From the NCBI GenBank assembly GCA_963827295.1, contig CAWHAI010000022.1, forward strand, positions 2,324 through 66,323: 64,000 bases of DNA, written 5' to 3'. The translations under genes were made by a program, and so were the position numbers. This document shows, in pieces, positions 32,643 to 42,241 of the stretch. Positions within the stretch are counted from its first letter, which is position 1. Each line of letters opens with the position of its first letter. This DNA comes from an uncultured Chloroflexia bacterium. GTDB lineage: Bacteria; Chloroflexota; Dehalococcoidia; SZUA-161. The notes below the pieces were generated by a model, which was not told the origin of the DNA, ran no database searches, and was given only the letters and a program-made list of their open reading frames with translations.

Positions 32643-33758
32643 ATGGCTAAAACTAAAAAAGGCAGAGCAGCAGTCTATCACGGGTTGGGTCATCCTATGG
32701 AGATCAGGGAATATCCCGTGCCGGAACCCGAGCCGGGCGCCATCCTGGTCAAAATAAGAAGAGCCGATATCTGTGGGTCTGACCTCCATATGTGGCGAGG
32801 GGAAGTAGACCTCGCTGGTTGGGGACAGCCCATGCCGGTGATACTGGGGCACGAGATGGTAGGCGAAGTAGCCAAGCTGGGAGAGGGCATAACCACCGAC
32901 TCAGCAGGCCAGCCGCTGTCGCCTGGAGATAGGGTAGTCTACCGCTATTTCCTCCCCTGCGGACGATGTCACGCGTGTCTGAGAGGAGATGACGCTGCCT
33001 GCCCTGCAGCTTCTATCACTGTGGTGAACCCCTGTGAGCCACCTCCTCACTTCCGCGGGGCTTATGCAGAGTATTACTATCTCATGCCCAATCAGACTGT
33101 TTTTAAAGTGCCTGATGACCTGACCGACGAGATAGCAGCCCCTGCCAACTGCGCTCTCTCCGAGGTAATCTACGGTCTGGAGAAGATAAATCTCAGATTC
33201 GGGGAGACCGTCGCCATACAGGGTGCAGGTGGTTTGGGCATTTATGCCACCGCAGTCGCTAAGGAGATGGGCGCTGCCAAGGTAATCGTGATAGACGGCA
33301 TCGAGGAGCGGCTCAAGCTGGCGAAAGCCTTTGGTGCCGACGAGATAATCGATATGAGGGAGCTAAAGGAACCGTACGAACGCTCCGACAAATTGAAGAA
33401 GCTTACCGGGGGCTGGGGTGCTGATGTTGTGGTCGAGGTTGTGGGCTTCCCCCAGGTGATCCCTGAAGGCATAGACATGTTGGGCAAGGGGGGACGCTAT
33501 CTGGAGCTGGGCAACGTCAGCCCCTTGAAGACCTTTGAGTTAGACCCTTCCATGCTTGTGAATGACAACAAAAGCATTTTCGGGATAACACTTTACTCGG
33601 CTGAGGCTCTGAAGAAAGCCCTCGATTTCCTGAGCCGAACCAAGGATAAATACCCCTTCGATAAAATACTATGTTGCTCCTATCCTTTGGAGAAAATAGA
33701 CAAAGCGTTTGACGACCAGAATAAAGGGCTTGCTACCAGGACCAGTATAATTCCTTAG
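32643..33758 (+). CDS. zinc-dependent alcohol dehydrogenase family (MDR) oxidoreductase
   Basis: [17 protein letters not shown], structural-zinc [23 protein letters not shown] Rossmann motif. Confidence 0.85.
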   Translation: MAKTKKGRAAVYHGLGHPMEIREYPVPEPEPGAILVKIRRADICGSDLHMWRGEVDLAGWGQPMPVILGHEMVGEVAKLGEGITTDSAGQPLSPGDRVVYRYFLPCGRCHACLRGDDAACPAASITVVNPCEPPPHFRGAYAEYYYLMPNQTVFKVPDDLTDEIAAPANCALSEVIYGLEKINLRFGETVAIQGAGGLGIYATAVAKEMGAAKVIVIDGIEERLKLAKAFGADEIIDMRELKEPYERSDKLKKLTGGWGADVVVEVVGFPQVIPEGIDMLGKGGRYLELGNVSPLKTFELDPSMLVNDNKSIFGITLYSAEALKKALDFLSRTKDKYPFDKILCCSYPLEKIDKAFDDQNKGLATRTSIIP

Positions 33759-34447
33759 CTGAAGCCGAGCCCTCTTTCCTTGAGGCTGATGTAGCGCTGC
33801 TGGCCGATGATGAGGTGGTCGAGCACTTCGATGTCGAGGAGCTTGCCTGCTTTCACAATCTGCTCTGTGACCTTGATGTCCTCGGGACTGGGTGTGGGGT
33901 CTCCTGAAGGGTGATTGTGCACCACCACCAGGGCGGGGCAGTTCTCTCTAACCGCTTCTTTGAAAAGCTCGCCTACCTTTATCAGTGAAGTGTTGACATT
34001 GCCCTTATAAACGCGGGGGACGGCGAGCACCTGGTTCTTGGTGTTGAGCAGCACGAGCCGTAGCTCTTCCTGTTCCAGAAAGCTCATCTCTGCCTGCAGC
34101 AGGTTGGCGATGTCAGCGGGTGACTTGACTACCAGGCGTTCCTCCGGCTGGGTGGACATCAGCCTGCGTCCCAGTTCCAGTGCAGCTTTGAGCTGGGCTG
34201 CCTTTGCTTCTCCAAGGCCACGCTCCTGACAGAGTTCGCCGAAGCCAGCTTTGGCCAGCCCGGCCAGGCCGCGGAACTTGGTGAGCAATCTCGCCGAGAG
34301 ATTGAGCACGCTCTCGGAGGCAGCGCCGGTGCGCAGTATGATTGCTACAAGCTCGCTGTTGGATAGTGAGGCAGCGCCGTATTGCTTGAGGCGTTCCCTG
34401 GGGCGCTCTGTGGCGGGTAGCTCCTTGATGAGAGGGTAATACTCCAC
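33755..34447 (-). CDS. radC: RadC-family JAB-domain protein
   Basis: [42 protein letters not shown] prefer the GTG at 34447 (AAGGGGG RBS). The ORF is open to 34501 but that start lies inside a hairpin. Confidence 0.85.
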   Translation of the reverse strand: MEYYPLIKELPATERPRERLKQYGAASLSNSELVAIILRTGAASESVLNLSARLLTKFRGLAGLAKAGFGELCQERGLGEAKAAQLKAALELGRRLMSTQPEERLVVKSPADIANLLQAEMSFLEQEELRLVLLNTKNQVLAVPRVYKGNVNTSLIKVGELFKEAVRENCPALVVVHNHPSGDPTPSPEDIKVTEQIVKAGKLLDIEVLDHLIIGQQRYISLKERGLGFS

Positions 34448-34491
34448 TTCTTCAACCCCCTTCCCCGCAATAATCGTCCTGCAGTCAGCGT

Positions 34492-34519
34492 GTAGGGGCA
34501 CGGTGTACCGTGCCCCTAC
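34492..34519. terminator. 12-bp hairpin downstream of rplL
   Basis: gtaggggcacgg-tgta-ccgtgcccctac. No U-tract, so the function is uncertain. Confidence 0.4.
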
Positions 34520-34556
34520 GGCTCGTGTCTAACTCAATGAACACTGCGAACTGAGG

Positions 34557-35062
34557 TTACTTAACCTCGACAGTGGCGCCGGCTGCGGTGAGCTTCTCCT
34601 TGAGCGTGGCGGCCTCGGCCTTGTTCACGCCCTCTTTAACCGTCTTGGGAGCAGCTTCAACCAACTCCTTGGCTTCCTTCAAGCCCAGAGTTGTCACCTC
34701 GCGCACTGCCTTGATTACGCTGATCTTGTTAGCGCCGACCTCTTTGAGTATCACGGTAAATTCAGTCTGTTCCTCAACAGGGGCAGCGGCAGGGGCACCA
34801 GCGGCAGCGCCAGCCACGGCAGCAGCGGGGCAGCGGCCATCATGGGTACGGCGGCGCTGACCCCGAACACCTCCTCGAGGGCTTTGACCAGCTCTGACAG
34901 CTCGATTACAGTCATTTCCTTTATAGCAGCAATGACTTCATCCTTGGTCAGCGTCTTCGTTTCCTTCTTGGCAGCAGGAGCGCGCTTCTTGTGGGCTTTC
35001 TCCTCCTCTGCTGCTACCGCAGCGGCCTCTTCCTTCTTCTCGGCGGCATCCTCATGAGACAT
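34557..35062 (-). CDS. rplL: 50S ribosomal protein L7/L12 (frame break in Ala/Pro hinge at G-run 34827-34830; atypical N-terminal extension)
   Basis: [34 protein letters not shown], a hinge, then [35 protein letters not shown]. The ATG at 35062 has a GGGAGGG RBS. Confidence 0.9.
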
Positions 35063-35588
35063 TTGCTATCCCTCCCATTTGTTGAATTCTAGCGTTTAAT
35101 ACTACGCAAAGGCCACGCAAGTTGGCCGTGAGTACATTGTGCAGTGAATATATAGGGCTCTGCATCACCCCGAGTAACTTGGCTCTCAGAACTTCTATCG
35201 GCGGCATAGTGGCAAGGCTGGTTATTTCCGCGGAGCTGAGCGCCCTGACATCGAGAATCCCACCTTTAATACTGAGGGCAGTCTTAGAGGTACGCGCATA
35301 GGCAGTCAAGGTTTTCGCCAGTTGTGCGGCATCCCCCTTACAAAAGGCAAGCGCTATCGGGCCCTGAAGGTATTGGGAAAGCCCTGGTTTACCTGTCTTT
35401 TCAGCGGCAAATTTGGCCAGGGTGTTTTTGACCACATGAAATTCGGCGTTTACCTCACGAAGCTGGCGTCGCAGTTGCGACATCTCAGCAACCGAGAGCC
35501 CTCGGTATTCGGCGGCGATTATGAACTTATTTTGAGAGAGCAGTTCAGTTAATTGCTCCAAAATCTCAGCCTTTTTTTGTGTAGGCAT
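35052..35588 (-). CDS. rplJ: 50S ribosomal protein L10
   Basis: 178 aa. [20 protein letters not shown]...VVKNTL. Confidence 0.92.
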   Translation of the reverse strand: MPTQKKAEILEQLTELLSQNKFIIAAEYRGLSVAEMSQLRRQLREVNAEFHVVKNTLAKFAAEKTGKPGLSQYLQGPIALAFCKGDAAQLAKTLTAYARTSKTALSIKGGILDVRALSSAEITSLATMPPIEVLRAKLLGVMQSPIYSLHNVLTANLRGLCVVLNARIQQMGGIANVS

Positions 35589-35740
35589 GTCCTTTATCCT
35601 CCTACAAAAAGAGAGTCCTTATGCCTGCAACATAAGGACTACTCATCCAAATTTAAATTGCTTCGGCAGGCATAAGATTAAGCCATTAAGGCACCCGCTG
35701 TCTTCAGCGTATTCAGTTGTTGTATTAGTCTATATCAAAA
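35589..35740 (-). ncRNA. structured rplJ 5' leader (candidate L10-leader autoregulatory element)
   Basis: ~185-nt untranslated gap before rplJ. It contains a 10-bp hairpin (35614..35640, agtccttatg/cataaggact). The family assignment is not verified. Confidence 0.3.
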
Positions 35741-35775
35741 CCCCCGATTATGCAAGTCCGGGGACACTACCCTTT

Positions 35776-36954
35776 TTAGCGGCCTGGGACACCGAAGATG
35801 CCCATGCTGCACATGAAGGTGCCGGGATGCCCTCCTTGGTTATGAGCTATCCCCAATTGGACATTCTTGAGCTGACGCGATGGCTCCTGGGCCTTGCCCT
35901 GAATCTGCTTGTATATCTCGTAAACCTCTCTGACACCGCTGGCACCTACAGGGTGGCCAAATGACTTCAGGCCGCCGCCAGCGTTGAAGGCCACCTCACC
36001 ATTCAGCGCGAACGTACCGGCTTCGATATCGTACTTGGCTTTTCCCCTCTCGCAGAAGCCCATAGCCTCATAGCACATGAGCTCAGCGATGGAGAAGCAG
36101 TCATGGCACTCCACTATATCTATCTCTTTGCGAGGGTTCTTGATTCCAGCCTGTTGATATGTCTGAATGGTTGCCCTATAGGTTTCTTCCCAGTGTGCCC
36201 AATCGTAGGTTGTCATCATCTTGCCGCAGCCTGGTCCTGCTGCATTGCCCAAAGCCTTAACAGTGATATAGTCCTTCCTATACTTTTTAGCGTCCTCGGC
36301 GCGGCAGAGGATAGCGGCCGCTGCGCCGTCAGTTACGCCGCAGCAATCGAAGAGCCCCAGAGGCCACGCGATTATAGGGGCATTCAGTGCCTGATCTAGC
36401 GTTATCTCACGGCGTAGGTGAGCCTTGGGATTGCGGGCGCCGTTATAATGGCTCTTCACCGAGATCATGGCCAGGTGCTTCTTCTCAGCCCCGTATTGGG
36501 CGAAATACCTGGTGGCTGCCAGGGCGTAGCGTCCCGGCGGAGTTGCCTGGATGCCAAACACAGGGTGTATGCCCCCCATCGGCTCTCCGGAGCCGAGGCC
36601 TCCGACGCCGCGGTCTTTAGTCTTTTCAAAGCCAACGCAAAGTACAAGGTCATAAGCCTTAGAGATGAGTGCGTAAGTGGCCCCTCTGATTGTCTCCAGC
36701 CCTGTGCCGCAGAGGTTCTCCACCCTAACGATGGGTATATAGTCCAGCTTAAGAGGGTAAGCCAAGCTCTGGCCTCCGGCGAACCCCAATGTGCCAGACC
36801 AAGCTGCCTGAACGTCTTTGAGTTCAACTCCTGCATCCTCGAGAGCCTCAGAGGTCGCTTCGACAACAAGGTCCCATGCACTGGAATCCCAGCGCTCTCC
36901 AAATTTGCTGCAGCCCATGCCTACTATGGCAACTTTATCTTTAATGCTTTCCAT
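35776..36954 (-). CDS. thiolase-domain protein, SCP-x/archaeal acetoacetyl-CoA thiolase type
   Basis: 392 aa intact. VAIVGMGCSKFG, nucleophile context VENLCGTGLE, GHPVGASG, AHNQGG. Confidence 0.85.
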   Translation of the reverse strand: MESIKDKVAIVGMGCSKFGERWDSSAWDLVVEATSEALEDAGVELKDVQAAWSGTLGFAGGQSLAYPLKLDYIPIVRVENLCGTGLETIRGATYALISKAYDLVLCVGFEKTKDRGVGGLGSGEPMGGIHPVFGIQATPPGRYALAATRYFAQYGAEKKHLAMISVKSHYNGARNPKAHLRREITLDQALNAPIIAWPLGLFDCCGVTDGAAAAILCRAEDAKKYRKDYITVKALGNAAGPGCGKMMTTYDWAHWEETYRATIQTYQQAGIKNPRKEIDIVECHDCFSIAELMCYEAMGFCERGKAKYDIEAGTFALNGEVAFNAGGGLKSFGHPVGASGVREVYEIYKQIQGKAQEPSRQLKNVQLGIAHNQGGHPGTFMCSMGIFGVPGR

Positions 36955-36966
36955 GCTTCACCTTCC

Positions 36967-38383
36967 TTAGGCCCCCCTCAGAGGACGGCACTTCCAGTAG
37001 TAGTTGCGAATGCCTCGTTCGCTGTGCATCCATCTGAAGGTAAGCTCTACCGGCATCTCGTATTCTATCTTATCGGGGTCGCGGTCTGTCATCTGAGCGT
37101 AGAATCTCCCACCCTCGTCGAAGTCTATAATACATAGTATGATGGGTGAATCGAGGCTTGGGCCTAGGTTGTCTTTGCTGTAAGTGAACAGCTTGCCTCT
37201 TCTATCAGCAAGGCGGATCTCCTCGAACTTGTCCCTGCTCTGGCAATACATGCAAATCCGCTGGGGAGGGAAGTTGATGTTGCCACAGGACAAACACTTG
37301 CCGCCGCGGCAGTTGATATTCCACCTGCGGTCCCGCCATGAAATGGTGGCAGCTGATTGATTCTCCCAGAAAGTGTATCCCTGAATGATACCTCGATAGC
37401 GGAGGTACTTATCATAACTCATTAAAGGTAGCTTCGAATCCAGATGATATTTTATGCCCCGCCATGCTTTCAATTTCTTTACCCCTTTGGTGATGGTTAG
37501 GATGAAAGCATCGGCCCCATCTCCGTAGTTAGCGAGCAGCAACTTGTCCTCAGCTTTTGCCTCCTCCAGAGCACCGACCAGCATCATAAGAGCATAGGCA
37601 CTGCCAGTATTGCCCACATTGGAGAAAAAGCTCTCTTGAACTTGGGTCTTGTAATCAAAACCGAGATTTCTTGCTAATTGCTGATGTCTTCTGGCGTCGA
37701 AAGCGTAGAGGACAGCCTTGGTGAAATCGGCAGGTTTCAGCCCATTTTCACTAATGATAGCTTTGACAGCCTCTGCGGTGTTATCCAGATAGCCATGCTC
37801 GACGATAAAGCGGTCTTCCCAAAATCTGACAAAGGTGTCGGTGTCCAATCGCCACAGGTCCATAATATCGTTATAGTGAGTAGTGGCTTCCATCAATGCT
37901 TGCGATCAGTTCAGCGCTGCCCAGGAGTATGGCGGCAGACCCGTCTCCGAATGCCTGCTCGTATTCGGTGGAAGGCTGCCCCATGCGGCAATCCGCAGCA
38001 ACTACCAAGACCTTCTTTGCCGAGCCGGCAGCAATGGCATCCATGGCCGCTCTCATGGCAATGGTAGCAGACCTTAAGGAGTTGGTGAAGTCGGCGGTTC
38101 TGATGTTACGCTTGAGGTCGAGCGCTTCTGCAACGATGCCGGCACATTGTTTCTCTTTATAAGGGGTTGTAGTGGAAGCTAGAAATAGAGCGTCGACCTC
38201 GTCTCGGTTGAGACCCTGTAGACAATTGTTCCCGGCTTCCACTGCCATGGTGATGGTGTCCTCATCGAAGTTGGCGACCGACCTTTCTCCTCCGACAGGC
38301 AGCCCGCCCCACGTCAACCAAGGCATGTCACGACTCAGCCTGTAAATAGGTATATAAGCGCCGTAGGAAACAATCCCTACCAT
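36967..38383 (-). CDS. HMG-CoA-synthase-like domain fused to DUF35 (zinc ribbon + OB fold); frame break ~37897
   Basis: N-terminal MVGIVSYGAYIPIYRL, FDEDTITMAVEA, GDGSAAILLG, VGNTGSAYALMML. C-terminal CLSCGNINFPPQRICMYCQS...GKLFTYS...YAQMTD. Canonical catalytic Glu/Cys/His positions appear substituted (see finding). Confidence 0.7.
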
Positions 38384-38450
38384 TTGGCTCTCCTTTCACG
38401 CAGTCGTGTCTAACTATCTGCCCTTACTGGAAATGGGATAAAGTCGTATA

Positions 38451-39164
38451 CTAAGAGGTAGTCAGGGAAAGAGTTGGTGTTAGATCGAGTTTGATTCCTG
38501 GCCCCATAGAGGTCGTTAGTGTGGCAGTTTTTATATATTGACCTTTAGCGCCGCTGGGCTTTGCCTTAACCACAGCTTCGACCAGAGCAGCCAGGTTTTC
38601 CAGTAGCTTTTTTTCATCGAAGCTGACCTTGCCTAACGGTGTATGAATAATAGCAGTCTTATCCAGTTTGAATTCTACACGGCCTTTACGAGAGTCAGCG
38701 ATAACCCGTGGCAGGTCGGCAGCCTGGGAAATAGTCCCCGACTTTGGATTGGGCATGAGCCCCTTCCGTCCCAGGATCTTGCCCAGTTTACCGATCCTGG
38801 GCATCATGTCTGGAGTAGCGATTGCTATATCGAATTCCAGCCAGCCCTCTTCTATCTTCTTGATGAGCTCATCGCTGCCAAAAGAGTCAGCTCCAGCATC
38901 CTGGGCGATTTTCTGGGCCTCGCCCTGGGCAAAGACCAGAACTCGCACCGGTTTGCCCAAGCCGTTTGGCAATAGAGCCACACCACGAACCTGTTGGTCA
39001 GCATGACGTGGGTCAACACCCATACGCAGATGGAGCTCAACCGTCTCATCGAATTTAGCGAAGGATGTTTTCTTAGCCAAGCTAATCGCTTCCTCCGGAC
39101 TATACGTCTTGGCACTATCTATAAACTTAGTTGCTTCCAGATATTTCTTACCGTGTTTCACCAT
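38451..39164 (-). CDS. rplA: 50S ribosomal protein L1
   Basis: [11 protein letters not shown]...[27 protein letters not shown] at 39164 with an AGGAG RBS. The longer track ORF overlaps rplK. Confidence 0.93.
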   Translation of the reverse strand: MVKHGKKYLEATKFIDSAKTYSPEEAISLAKKTSFAKFDETVELHLRMGVDPRHADQQVRGVALLPNGLGKPVRVLVFAQGEAQKIAQDAGADSFGSDELIKKIEEGWLEFDIAIATPDMMPRIGKLGKILGRKGLMPNPKSGTISQAADLPRVIADSRKGRVEFKLDKTAIIHTPLGKVSFDEKKLLENLAALVEAVVKAKPSGAKGQYIKTATLTTSMGPGIKLDLTPTLSLTTS

Positions 39165-39171
39165 ATTGCTC

Positions 39172-39597
39172 CTAATTTGTGATCTCGATCCCCATACTAC
39201 GCGCTGTGCCCTCCACCATACGCTCCGCTCCCTCGAGATCGATGGCATTTAAATCCTTTAGTTTAATCTTGGCGATCTCGCGGATTTTCTCCCGCGGCAG
39301 AGTGCCAATTTTGTTTCGATTGGGGTCATTGCTCCCCTTTTCCGCACCCAGCGCTTTCTTCAGCAGATCAGTTGTAGGTGGTGTCTTTGTAACAAAGGTA
39401 AAAGAGCGGTCTTCGTAAATAGTGATCTCCACCGGAACTATCGAGCCAGCGTGGGATGCTGTCTGCTCGTTATATTCCTTACAGAAGGCCATGATATTGA
39501 CGCCATGCTGCCCTAGCGCCGGCCCCACTGGTGGGGCTGGGTTCGCTTTCCCAGCCTCGATCTGAAGTTTGACTACTGCCTTAATCTTTTTTGCCAT
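39172..39597 (-). CDS. rplK: 50S ribosomal protein L11
   Basis: [34 protein letters not shown]. Confidence 0.95.
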   Translation of the reverse strand: MAKKIKAVVKLQIEAGKANPAPPVGPALGQHGVNIMAFCKEYNEQTASHAGSIVPVEITIYEDRSFTFVTKTPPTTDLLKKALGAEKGSNDPNRNKIGTLPREKIREIAKIKLKDLNAIDLEGAERMVEGTARSMGIEITN

Positions 39598-39628
39598 TTC
39601 CTTTAACCTTTTGCCATTGATTTACTGG

Positions 39629-40198
39629 TTAGAGCCTTTCCACCTGAAGAAAGTCGAGTTCAACTGGAGTCTCGCGGCCAAAGAAAGAAACCAGCACCTT
39701 TACTTTGCCCTTTTCCACATTGATGTCATCAACCACCCCTATGAAATCGATGAAGGGCCCATCAACGATACGAATGCTCTGCCCCCTGGCAAAGCCGACC
39801 TTGACTCTCGGTATCTCGGCCTCCATCTGCTTGAGAATCGTCTTTACCTCCGGCTCATCCAAGGGAACAGGCTCAACCTTGCCTTTGTCATCCTGGGCGC
39901 TTACTATTCCAGTGACCCCTGGGGTATTGCGCACAACATGCCAAGTCTGTTCATCCATAACCATCTCAACCAGTATATAACCAGGGAATATCTTTTTAGC
40001 CACAGTACGTCGTTGCCCATCCCTGATCTCAATCTCGTCTTCAGTGGGCACTACTACTTGGAATATCTTATCACCCACATCCATTGACTTTATGCGATGC
40101 TCAAGGTTGGTTTTAACTCGGTTCTCATACCCCGAGTAGGTATGGATGACATACCATTTCTTCTCTTTTTGTTCCTTAAGGGTCTTATCCATGATCAA
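39629..40198 (-). CDS. nusG: transcription termination/antitermination factor NusG
   Basis: KWYVIHTYSGYENRVK...FPGYILVEM, with a KOW motif at the C-terminus. Confidence 0.93.
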   Translation of the reverse strand: MIMDKTLKEQKEKKWYVIHTYSGYENRVKTNLEHRIKSMDVGDKIFQVVVPTEDEIEIRDGQRRTVAKKIFPGYILVEMVMDEQTWHVVRNTPGVTGIVSAQDDKGKVEPVPLDEPEVKTILKQMEAEIPRVKVGFARGQSIRIVDGPFIDFIGVVDDINVEKGKVKVLVSFFGRETPVELDFLQVERL

Positions 40199-40281
40199 TG
40201 CTCAGAGGTAAGAACCAATCGAGGCAGAGACTGCTGTCACGATTCCACCGCTTTTAATTGCCTGACTCAATCATCCGCCCA

Positions 40282-40497
40282 TCATCTCAGAAGAATTACA
40301 TTCATTAACTTGGAAAAACCGAAGTCGATTACGCCGAGAATTATAGCAACCACTACTGTGAAGACAATCACGAGAGTGGTTAAATAGGTGGCTTCCCGCC
40401 TTGACGGCCAAACTACCTTTTTCAGTTCGGCGATGATCTCGCCTATGAATTTGAATCTCTGTTTTCCTTGATTCTTTACCGCAGCCTGACCCTTCAA
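40282..40497 (-). CDS. secE: preprotein translocase subunit SecE
   Basis: 71 aa. ELKKVVWPSRRE followed by a single TM helix. Conserved position between rpmG and nusG. Confidence 0.88.
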   Translation of the reverse strand: MKGQAAVKNQGKQRFKFIGEIIAELKKVVWPSRREATYLTTLVIVFTVVVAIILGVIDFGFSKLMNVILLR

Positions 40498-40513
40498 TAC
40501 TTCTCCCTGTTTG

Positions 40514-40681
40514 TTACTTTGTCTCTTTATGCAAAGTATGAACTCGACAACGGGGACAGTACTTCTTTAGCTCCAACCTCCCCGGGTCGTTCTTCTTGTT
40601 CTTGACACTGGTGTAAGTCTGCTCCCTGCACTGAGTGCAGGCAAGATAGATAATGTTTCGAGCTTCAGATTTCTTAGCCAT
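40514..40681 (-). CDS. rpmG: 50S ribosomal protein L33
   Basis: Hand translation: [55 protein letters not shown] (55 aa, below the ORF-track cutoff). Confidence 0.9.
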   Translation of the reverse strand: MAKKSEARNIIYLACTQCREQTYTSVKNKKNDPGRLELKKYCPRCRVHTLHKETK

Positions 40682-40683
40682 TT

Positions 40684-41886
40684 TTACTCAAAAACTTTTG
40701 TTATCAGGCCTGACCCAACTGTCCTACCACCCTCCCTGATAGCGAATCTAACCCCTTGCTCCAAAGCCATGGGAACAATCAGCTTTACTTTCAGATTGAT
40801 GTTGTCACCGGGCATCGCCATCTCAACTCCCTGTGGTAGCTCCGCAGTTCCAGTGATGTCCATAGTTCTAATATAGAACTGGGGCCTGTACCCGTTAAAG
40901 AACGGTGTGTGGCGGCCACCCTCTTCCTTAGTCAGTACATATACCTGACCCTCGAAAAGAGTGTGAGGCTTTATGGAACCGGGCAGAGCCAGCACCTGTC
41001 CTCGTTCTATCTCCTCTCGTTCAATACCCCGCAGCAGACAACCGACAGCGTCCCCGGGTTGCTCCTTCCTCCAGCGTCTTGTGGAACATCTCCACACCAG
41101 TGACCACTGTCTTTCTGGTTTCCTTCATCCCTACTATCTCAACCTCTTGCCCAACTTTGATGACGCCTCTCTCTATCCTGCCTGTGGCCACAGTACCTCG
41201 TCCTTTGATGGCAAAGACGTCCTCTACGGACATGAGGAATGGCTTATCTGCAGGACGCTTGGGTAGCGGGATGTAGCTGTCCACTGCGTCCATGAGAGTC
41301 CAGATAGGGCCACACCACTGGCAGTCTCTCTTGCCGCAGCCGCACTCCAAAGCCTTGAGGGCGCTAACTCGTATAATGGGGGTCTTGTCACCAGGGAAAC
41401 CGTATTTGGGTAGTAGCTCCTCTCTCAACTCTAGCTCGGTGACCTCCAACAGATCAGGGTCATCCACTGCATCAACCTTGTTCAGGGCGATCAGCACGGA
41501 GGGAACTTCTACTTGGCGGGCGAGGAGGAGGTGCTCTCTGTTTGAGGCATGACTCCGTCATCGGCAGCCACTACCAATATGGCTCCGTCCATCTGGGCAG
41601 CGCCGGTTATCATGTTCTTGATATAGTCGGCATGGCCAGGACAGTCCACATGGGCGTAGTGGCGCTTTGCCGTCTCGTACTCTATGTGAGCTATAGCGAT
41701 TGTCATGCCCCTGGCTTTCTCCTCGGGGGCATTGTCAATAGAGTCAAAGGGGCGAAACTGAGCATACCCCGCAGTGGCTAGGATCTTCGTTATTGCCGCC
41801 GTCAAGGTTGTCTTGCCGTGGTCTACGTGTCCGATGGTGCCGACGTTGACATGTGGTTTCGTCCTCTGGAAAACTTTCTTTGCCAC
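40684..41886 (-). CDS. tuf: elongation factor Tu (frame breaks ~41540 and ~41058-41075)
   Basis: [18 protein letters not shown], then [23 protein letters not shown] after a 1-nt gap, then [24 protein letters not shown] in a third frame. Confidence 0.95.
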
Positions 41887-41919
41887 TTTATCTTCCTCCC
41901 GATCCGATTAAAGTTCTTC

Positions 41920-41991
41920 AGCCCACAACCAGATTTGAACTGGTGACCCCCTTCTTACCAAGAAGGTGCTCTACCGCTGAGCTATGTGGGC
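41920..41991 (-). tRNA. tRNA-Thr (anticodon GGT)
   Basis: GCCCACA acceptor stem, TTGGTAA anticodon loop, folded by hand. Confidence 0.88.
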
Positions 41992-41999
41992 GCGCTGCA

Positions 42000-42087
42000 T
42001 GGTGGAGGGGGCAGGATTCGAACCTGCGTAGCCATTTCAGGCGACAGATTTACAGTCTGTTGGTATTAGCCTCTCACCCACCCCTCC
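42000..42087 (-). tRNA. tRNA-Tyr (anticodon GTA), long variable arm, CCA encoded
   Basis: GGAGGGG acceptor stem, CTGTAAA anticodon loop, ~17-nt variable arm. Confidence 0.88.
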
Positions 42088-42100
42088 GGCCTCTGCCCGG

Positions 42101-42172
42101 AGCCCGAGAGCGGATTCGAACCGCTACCCTACCGATTACAAATCGGTTGCGCTGCCGTTGCGCCACTCGGGC
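42101..42172 (-). tRNA. tRNA-Thr (anticodon TGT)
   Basis: GCCCGAG acceptor stem, TTTGTAA anticodon loop. Confidence 0.88.
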
Positions 42173-42241
42173 CTTTTCGACCTTTTTCTAAATTGTTATA
42201 GCTAACTAAGTACATAAGTATAAAAGTAAAAAGAGTCAAAG

